Made by a program: the position numbers and the translations under genes | Assembly: GCA_048128005.1 (NCBI GenBank) | Contig: JBEUKZ010000024.1 | Location: 62,001 to 115,877 of the forward strand | Source of the DNA: Veleropilina oligotropha | Lineage: Eukaryota | Reading direction: 5' to 3' | Length of the DNA: 53,877 nucleotides | Part shown: positions 42,852 through 53,877 of the stretch, piece after piece | Numbering within the stretch: position 1 is the first letter of the stretch | Layout: each line of letters starts with the position of its first letter | The notes under the pieces: generated by a model | What the model saw: the letters and a program-made list of their open reading frames with translations, nothing else | Databases searched by the model: none | Told to the model about the DNA's origin: nothing

Positions 42852-45579
42852 CATCAGGAATTATAAGAGGGTCTACATTAACAACCTGGTCAAACAAGTA
42901 GAGGAGTCTGCAAGACTGTCAAACATGATATAAATGGTGACAAAGAAACTGGCACGCAAGTTTCAGCTGACAGACAAGCCAGTAAGGGCAAGAATGGGAC
43001 CCACTCACGACAACAGTAGAGCACGTCAAGAGATGAGAAGAACCTCCAGGCTTCTAAAGCATCACCAGACATCCCACTCACAAAAACGGAACAGCCAATC
43101 AACTGGAACAAACCATCAAATGCATATTTCAAGAAAGCCATCATGTCAATGAAGAACGGGAAGGCGGAAGGGCCGGATGAGACACCAGCCGAAGCCAACA
43201 AAGCTGATATGGGGACAGCCATCAACATGCTATACAATATCTTCAGTAAGATCGTCGAAGAAGGGTGATCTCAGGGACTGCAGCAACTACCGAGGGATCG
43301 TACTCATGTCACTGCCCGACAAAGTCATAAACAAATTATTCTGGAGAAAGTAATTGGACGCAAAGCTCTGAGACCACCAGGCAGGTTTTAAAAGGAACAT
43401 ATCTTGTGTCGACCAGATTGCGCATCATCGTGAAATATTCATTGGAGTGGAACTCCCCCCCTCTGCATTAACTTTATAGAATACGAGAAGGCGTTTGACA
43501 TAGTGGACAGAGAGACAAGGTGTATACTGCACTACGTAGTACCCGATAAGCTCATCTCCATAATCCAGTGTAGCTACCAAAACATGTCCCGCAAGGTGAC
43601 ACATGCGGGCCAGCAGTCAGCAGTTTCAAGATTAAAACCGGAGTCCGTGAAGGGTGCCTGTTGTCTCCTTTCCCCTTTCTCCTAATCATTGACTGAATCA
43701 TGAAGACCACCACAGCAGGCTGGAGCAACGGAATACATTTGACACTCTGGGCACAGTTTGAAGACCTCGCCTTCGCAGACGACCTGGTATTCCTTTCACA
43801 CAACTATACACAGATACAAGACAAGCCCACTTACTTGGTAGCAACGTCAGATGGGACAGTGCTCAAGATAAACAAGAGGGAAAATGAACTCATGAAGATC
43901 AACATTTAATAACACTTCGATAATAGTAGATGAAGAGCCAATTAAGGAGGTAGGAACTTCGTGTACCTGGAAATTGTGGTTGATAAACATGGAGGCACTG
44001 ACCGAGATGTCACTGTCAGGACTGGCAAGGTACGACCAGTCTTCGTGAAGCTTTAAAACATATGGGCCTCCAGAGCAATACGCATCTTTAATTTAACTCA
44101 ACTGTCAAAACGGTTCTGCTCTATGGTTCCAAGTGCGTAAATTTGGTTTACGATCACTTTTTTGACAAATTTTCAGCATTATCGCGGTCGGGACACCCGG
44201 TCTCACTCCGATCTGACCGACATGCATTCGGGATATGCCTTCTATTAGTTTTAAGCGTTAGAATTAGCCACGCCGGAGAGGGGTTTGAACTCGCATCCTA
44301 CCGTCCCACTTCACGTTTTTTCCGACGCTATAACCAGTTGAGCTATCGAGGACGGTTTTAAGACATGAATGATAACCAAGGTGGCACAGCGGAAGATACA
44401 GACATTCACTAATACCTGTCTGAGGCGCATCTTTAACATCAGATGGCCGGACAGCATTAGCTACGAGGAGTTGTGGCAAAGGGTGCGACTAGGGCCAGTT
44501 GCCATACAGACCCTGAGAAGGAATTGGGGCGGGATTGGACACATCCTCGGGAAGCCTACAACCAGCACCACACGCCAGGTCCTAACCTGCACCCACAGGG
44601 CAAAATAAATAGGGAAGGCCGAGAAACATCTGGAGGTGAGACAATCCCAGAGTCGAACCCGATGGAGAAGCGTCGGCGATGGCATATATGCTCCTCTTGG
44701 GGTCAACGGGTCTAAGTAAGTAAGTACACAAATTATCAATAGAAAATAAAAACACCCTGGTTTTAATGCGTAATATTCTTGTATGTCATCCCGACTCATG
44801 GCATTTCATAGCAATGGACATCTGCCTTTACCCACCACGATCACAAAATAAAAGGAGAATTCTGGGATAAGGTGACGGAAAAAATAAGATGTGTAGAATT
44901 ATACTTGTTAAAATTTATCACAAGATAAAGTTGTATGAATTTTATTTAAAAGGTTACCATATGCCTGCCATATTGCGATGTCTTGCGTGTCATGTTAGAT
45001 GCACCTTCTTACCGCAGAATAATACATCACTTGAATCATTTCGTCAGATTGCAATCTGGAACAAATGTATTCAATAGGTTTCAAGCGTGATTGCACATCC
45101 TATGACTTTAATCTATGTTCAGATGGATCTGACGGATTGTACGCCAACTATGCTTGGATAATCTACAAGAGCCATCTAAATGGACAATACCACGAAACCA
45201 AAATTGAAATTGGTTACCACGCCAACCCTTCCTCCGTGATACGACTCTATATAGATCCGATATATCGAACACGTGGCGACCAAGATACAGATACCGGGCC
45301 CAAATTGGCCGTTTGGATAGATGCTTAATCAAGTTACTATTTCGTCGTAACGACCTTAGCGTTCATAGGCCTGCCAGGTCATATATAGTCCGACATATTA
45401 TCGCTGGCGGCCGGCCCGGTCGCCCGGGAAATCCCGAATGAATACATCGGCCAGTTATGGACAATACAATGACTGTTAACTTAACTAAGGGAGTAAATTC
45501 GGAATCCGCGCTCTTGATCACGCGGCTACCGGTGCGGTCTCTTCTTGATGAAAAGTATCGATGTTTAACACAAATCTAT

Positions 45580-46530
45580 ATATAAGAATTGCATGGCAAT
45601 CCGAGATTGCGAATCTTAGGTGCTGTAGCAAGGAATGGTGAAAGCTAGGAATCTGCGAATTTCGTACGGCGAAATTGCGTCATAAAATCCGAATCCGCCT
45701 TCCGAATCCGATCATCTTTAAGGAGGACCGAGTCTAGAGTGGACCCTATCTTGTGTAAAAAAAATTCAGTAAATCGGTTCAACAGTCGTTGTGATAGAGC
45801 AAAAAATCGGAAATAGCCTTCCGATTCGGATCATCTTGTTTAATTACGTCATAAAATCCGAATGCGCTTTCCGATTCGGATCATCTAATTCTCTGAGGAG
45901 GACCGAGCGGTAATGTCAACCATATTTCGTGTACATAAATTGAGTAAATCGAGGGTTATAAAGATATGCTCACAGACAGACGGACACACACACACAGACA
46001 GACTGACAAACCGACCCAATTGCAATACCTTATCCCACCACTACGCGGGCGAAGGTAAAAATATATACACATCAAAGTAACTTACATGTAACGACCGATA
46101 CTTTACACGACTTCGCTGTAGCGCAATGTTGCTCGTACAGATGTCGGATCATCAGCGATCGAAGACAATTATAGCCTGCCTGGAAGTCCACAGAGATGCA
46201 GACGTTTAGTGTCGGCAACATGATCTCTTCTGGGTATTTTATTTGCATACATTTCCACATAGTTTTGTATACCATTATTACCTTCGCCAACGTAGTGGTG
46301 CGATAAGGTATTCTAATCGGGTCGGTTTGTCTGTCTGTCTATCCTTGAGCATATACCTCAACAACCATTGATCCGATTTACTTAATGTTTGTACACGAGA
46401 TAGGGTCCATCATACGCTCGGTCCTCCACAAAGATGATCGGATTCGGATTTTTATGACGCAATTTCTGATTTGCGGATTGTTTGTCAGTGGGCATATCTC
46501 AACAACCATTGATCCGATTTATATCATTTT
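45580..46530. mobile_element. Two related Helentron-type non-autonomous elements in opposite orientation
   Basis: gggcgaaggtaa at ~46047 versus ttaccttcgcc at ~46278; shared (CAGA)n and ccgattcggatcatc repeats. Confidence 0.55.
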
Positions 46531-46929
46531 TCTGTCACGTTCTAACATAATACTACTGACATAATTATGCGGCGTAATAATATGGCAGAAGGTGTATTTG
46601 TAAATTGATTATTCACGTCATGCAAAAGTGTCAATGAGTGTGAAAAATATATCCGTTCTTCATCTACTCTATTAACTATAAAGAGCAACAAATGTGGTTA
46701 TGAAATGAACTAATGTCGCTTTTATTTCAATATTATACTATCCAACAAGCTCTATTCAAATAACATTAAACAAGCGTGAAGGTCGATTTCATATCCTGGC
46801 AGTTTGAAGCGAGGTACGTGTCGTCTGCTGCCGACTATAATTCTTCAGCGTACATATACAACATCAGAATCATGACAAATTTGATGGCTTTGTATACGGT
46901 AACAAATATAAACACGTTTTGATAATATG

Positions 46930-48203
46930 TTGTACGTGGCACCTAGATACGAACGCAGAATAGAGATAATACACAAATAAAAATTATGAAATCCGTACCC
47001 TGCGATGTCTTTTTATTCATAACGTTTAGTGTAAGCTGCTGACACATATTCCGCGACGTCACGCATTGTTGCTTAGCTACGCATTTTCTCTGACTTCACA
47101 ATTGTTCAAAACATCACGCCATTCTTGTAGCAAAAGATATATATGCAGACGGTGGGAAAGGGGTTAAGATCAATTTGTTGCGTTATTAATGTTATTGTAC
47201 TTAGAGTATTTGAAGTTTAAAATCGGCCGTTGTCCCGCAATTACTTTGTTTTGCATATCTCTATGGTGCGAGATGCTGGTACTCCAATAAAAGAAGATCG
47301 AGTGATGAACACAAAACATTCGAAACATGGCTGACTCGAGTTTGCGCAGTGGTCAATTCGTGACCACCCGGTTCAAGTTGCAAGGTATGCACAGCTAGGT
47401 ATGTGCATATATTGTGGTTATGTCTCTAATCTATAGGACGATCTTCGTTCGTTATTAATTCTATACAACGTTAATATGTTAATTTCCATCTAAAATCAGT
47501 TCGAACCGACGTTAAGATGGCGGCCATGAATGAAATGAAATGGACACCTGCTATTGTGAATAGCGGAAACTAATTGCAGACTTTTAATATGTTGTAGGTA
47601 GCACCTAGATACGAACGCAGAATAGAGATTATACATAAATTTTTTTATGAAATCCGTATCCTGCGATGCTTTCTTTATTTTGAAACACGTCTTTTATTCA
47701 TAACGTCTAGTGTAAGCCGACACCCATTCCGCGACGTCACACATTGTTGCTACGCACATTCTCTGACGTCACTTGTTAAAAACTACACCTATTCCGCGAC
47801 GTCACCCATTGTTGCTTAGCTACGCATTTTCGCCGACGTCACAATTTTTCAAAACATCACGCCATTCTTGTAGCAAAAGTGATATGCATAGATGAGAGTA
47901 TTGGGTTTATATCAATTTGTCGCGTTATTAGTGTTATTGTACTTGGATAATTTGAAGTTTAAAATCGGCCGTTGTCCCGTAATTACGTTGTTTTGCATAT
48001 CTCGATGGTGCGAGATTTTGGTACTCCAATAAAACAAGATCAACGAGATCGAGTGGTGAACACAAAACATTCGAAACATGGCTGACTGGAGTTTGCGCAG
48101 TGGTCAATTCGTGACCATCCGGTTCAAGTTGCAAGGTATGCACAGGTATGTGTAGATATTGTGGTCATGTCCCTAATCTATAGGACGATCTTCGTTCGTT
48201 ATT
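46930..48203 (+). repeat. Direct duplication of a ~0.55-0.6 kb unit
   Basis: gcacctagatacgaacgcagaatagaga...ctataggacgatcttcgttcgttatta occurs twice (~46930-47457 and ~47590-48205). Confidence 0.85.
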
Positions 48204-48362
48204 ATATCATGTACATTTTGTATGCTAGGACTTTCGGGAGTTAAACGATCTTACCTGGGTGTCTGCTCCTATTATTTCAACTAAATATTGGTCGTCATTT
48301 GCAGTATTTTCCCTTGACCTTGGTATGGCCATGTTTTTCTGATCGGGTATTCGCAAATAGTA

Positions 48363-49534
<1,172 letters not shown>

Positions 49535-49732
49535 AATACACACTTTTGCACTAAGTAAAAAGACCCGGATATGTGATAAATATATACAATACATACTAAT
49601 ATACTGAAATACTTACGAGTTGAGGCACATGAATATATAATATTATGCCGTATACACAATTCTGTGTGATTATACGCCAGAACATTGTAAACAGCCCGGT
49701 CAAGGCTGAACATGTTTGGGCCCTATTTTTCA

Positions 49733-50293
49733 TGTATTACAGCATGGCATTTCTCTTTATGGCGCATGCAATGGTTATATCATGAATTCTTCGGAAAACG
49801 CACACCCAAATATCAATGCCCGTCCTTCTGTTTTCTCTTCGAGAACAGTGAATTAACGACGACCGTGTGTTGTATTGGTTAAGAGCGTAGCTCCTAATTT
49901 ACTTGATTGGTGGCGCTGTTTAACATGAATGGGTTCGAATCTTTGGCGGGGCACTCTTCGTTCAGTCAATAGTTTTAACAGTTATTGATAACAGACCGAT
50001 GCGGGTGGGCGGGATTTCATACTTCAATATGGATTTTAAAATTGGGCATTATACTAAACATTAATCCCAACCAAATTAAATAATATTACAATTTATGTTG
50101 TCATAATCTATTCTTTATTATCATGTTACTTTGTATATCTGGTTGTCATCGGTCAGCGTCATGCAATATATTCATTGACAATATATCATGTCCTCAATTT
50201 GTCATATCTATATAGGGCCTACATAAAGTAGTACTGTCTGTTTGTTTGTTTGTTTGCGTGCATGTCGGTTTTCCACTTCCGACTTCTGCGCCC
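49733..50293 (-). repeat. Right copy of the inverted duplication (partner 32015-32607)
   Basis: Reverse-complement alignment. Confidence 0.9.
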
Positions 50294-50574
50294 GTTCGAA
50301 TTGGCCAACTTCACTGTTATATATATATATATTGAGAGAGAGATAGCATGATCTGATTGAGAAAGTCTTGAGATGGATATATGGCAGGGGGCAGGCAGGT
50401 GTGAGGGGGGATGGTGAAAGAGGGGTGGATTAGGGGGAGAAACGGGGGGAAGGGAGCGGGAAATGAGGGCAGGGGGTCAGGCATGTGTGAGGTGGATGGG
50501 AAAATGGGGGGTGGGGGGGGGGGGGGTGTCACTCGTTTGTAAACGGGTGTGCCCACTAGTTATATATGTTAGAG

Positions 50575-51415
<841 letters not shown>

Positions 51416-52024
51416 GGACTGGCGAATGTGTCCATTTCTTACGTATAGGAGTTCTTTCTCTGGTATGCTAACGTTATTTCCTTGTGGACTTTTGCCGTGT
51501 ATCCGTTAATAAATACAAGTTTTATAAATGAAATGTTTTTAGCGGAATATCACTATTAGCGTTAATTGGTTCCGAATTTCCCTTTCGCCAAGTAATTCCC
51601 CATTGTGTATTTGATGATGATTGAAACAGATAAATAGAATGTTTGAAAGATCGCAACACAATATGAAAGAGAGACGTGTCTCGAGATTCAGTAATAGATT
51701 GTGTTATTTCCCAAGACACGACCGAGTAGTCCTAGTCAGGCAATAATCAGCTTTGAACCAATGTGGGCGTCGTACGTATTATATATACGGCGTATTCATC
51801 CATTCCGCGTGTCCATTCTAAAACTTCACGTGATGCCGAAACAACTGTTCACGACAAGAATTTTAAATTTAATTGGATAATATATTTGATATCAAATTGC
51901 CATTTTTCTGTTCAACGTTTAGGTTCGAAGCTATTTCTGTCCAAACATCAGAAAGCTTCCCCGGTAGTCGCGTGTAGTCTCGAGTGCCGATTCTGAAATT
52001 ACTGGTTCGATTGCGCTTGCGGAC

Positions 52025-52215
52025 GGTGCATTATGCATTGATGCGGGCGGTGCAACCTGATGCGGGCGGTGCATTAATGATGGACCTGATGCGGGCGGTG
52101 CATTACTGATGAACCTGATGCGAGCGGTGCATTGTTGGATGGACCTGAAGCGGGTGGCCCATTGTTGGTCGGACCTATGGTGTGTAGGCCTATAGTGCGT
52201 TGTTGGTCGGACCAG
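52025..52215 (+). repeat. GC-rich minisatellite (~30 bp, cctgatgcgggcggtgcatt core)
   Basis: Five to six degenerate units visible. Confidence 0.75.
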
Positions 52216-52796
52216 GAAAGGATGCTACATTATTGGAGTCCGGCCCTCTTCGACCAGTTACGGACAACAGTTACTGTGATTCATAACTGTACAAATAATG
52301 TCCCAACCGATATTCGAACCCAATACTGCCCATATTAACGGAACCAAGCCAGAGATATTCAGATACTGCAATCGAAACCACACGACTGTCGATGCGGCTG
52401 GATGGGTGGCTGAATTAGTGCTTAGTGTCCTGTATACTTACAACTATCAGGTTCAAGGAAGGATATGTCCATATTATCGCGGGAGGAAAACCCGGTTGCC
52501 CGGGGGAAGTCCGCCCTCTCTGGTCAGTTATGGACAACTATGATTGATAACTGAACATATAAATATACAGGATATCAATCCAAACACTAGAAAGCATATA
52601 TAGACCCTACTGCATCCTTATAATTATATGTCGAGTTCATGTTCAAATTTCATTAATAATTCAAGATGTACGTAAATTTTAAATTTCTAGCAATTTTGGT
52701 AGGCCCCTAATAAACGTTTGACCACGCACCTGTGTACGAAGTGCGTATACGTATTCGGAGTTCTGATGAAGAGGCCTGCGCATGGGGGAGCTAGCT

Positions 52797-53176
52797 AGGG
52801 AGCGGATCCAGGATTTGAAAAAGAAGGGGGCAACTTTGACCAAATATACCATTAACTATCAAAATGCTGACAATTATCAGTGTGAAACCCCCTCTCTTGC
52901 ATTAGTACAACAGTGCAAACTCTATATTTCTTACCGACATTGAAATTTTATGAACTAAAATATATGAGTAAATTTTGACAATTTGGCTAACGGTGTGAAG
53001 CCGCCTCTCCTGCATTCTGATTGTTCAATCGCGAAATTCCTTACCAACAAATATGAATCAATTTCATCGAAATGTACAAGTGATTTATTCGTTTTCGTTC
53101 ACATTCAAAAACATGCATGCATTTCTGATTGTCAGAAGGGGGTTCGGACCCCCCCCCCCCTCTCTGAATTCGCTAG
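52797..53176. mobile_element. MITE-like element
   Basis: agcggatccagg..aaggggg at the left and cccc..ctgaattcgct at the right form degenerate TIRs. Confidence 0.45.
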
Positions 53177-53877
53177 AGCTACGCATAGCGCTATACGCAT
53201 CACGCACATATATGTGCTGCGATTCTGGAATAAGTTGATGTATGAGTAGCATGTGCTTATAATGCCACATATATATGTAGATTGAAGAGATCCATGCACG
53301 TACAGTTAAGCTGACATTCCATATACGCGGCAACGGCATCCGGCAAAAATCGAAATGGTCATTTAATGAAGGAGAGATTCCATATATGCGTCAACGGCAT
53401 GCGGCAAAACGATGCCGTTACCGCAGGGTTACCGGACGTAATTTTAAGGGCTTCCCCATTCTTTCGGTGTCAAATTAAATCAACAACAGAACCTGATAAC
53501 AGGTTTGTTCTCACTTTTCCCACTTTCACACCTCTACGCGTACTCCCTTGTCCCAATTTCAATTTATCCGATTGCAGTGAGTGCCTAATAAAAAAACTAT
53601 AGCCTGTTGAACTGTGTTCCCTTGGCTATATATTATATAAGAACAACAATGAAATTGGCGAATGGCATGTATTTGCAAGTTGATATTTTTTATATGAAAG
53701 CATTATCCGGAACATTTACAAGTTTTCACGATGTTAAGCAAGAGAAATGTATGCCTATATATCACAATATTTATCTTTTTCATCAATGATTTCATATTTT
53801 GAGCTACCGGTATGTTCCCATCGATAATAATATTAGTAATCTATATTCACGATATTTTTTTATTTTCGTTACTACTT

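Larger units (their letters stand above)
40870..44726 (+). pseudogene. Decayed near-full-length RTE-clade LINE with nested insertions
   Basis: Endonuclease and RT remnants (TENQIDHI, DLAFADDLVFLSH, CLRRIFNIRWPD, IGHIL) and a (TAAG)n tail at 44713-44726. Confidence 0.85.

Noticed and set aside
52761..52800. Hammerhead ribozyme core (CTGATGA)
   Set aside because: No stem II followed by GAAA. No canonical hammerhead core was seen in the DIRS 3' UTR either.

Overview
Eukaryotic, repeat-rich animal DNA; the repeat content suggests a lophotrochozoan such as a mollusc (inference). A minus-strand class C GPCR/mGluR-like gene can be built from seven phase-compatible exons (28480 down to 6489, 1151 codons). 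It encodes a signal peptide and two tandem Venus-flytrap (VFT) domains and continues off the left edge. Two diverged but ORF-intact DIRS1-type tyrosine-recombinase (YR) retrotransposons sit in its introns in sense orientation. One is complete (16035-23501, with ITRs and ICR) and one is cut by the window edge (1-5972). In both, gag and YR share one frame and are separated by a single CCC-TAG-GG. The RT/RNaseH/MT ORF is in the +1 frame with no conserved ATG, which suggests a three-way stop/readthrough/+1 frameshift switch. Intron 1 holds the 3' end of an RNase H-bearing LINE whose long 3' region is built from tandem RNA-structure modules with clear compensatory changes. The rest is mostly decayed mobile DNA: a Merlin transposase split by an IS3EU-like element, RTE, CR1/L2 and Gypsy relics, SINEs, Helentron-type non-autonomous elements, a ~0.6 kb inverted duplication 17 kb apart and (AT)n tracts.
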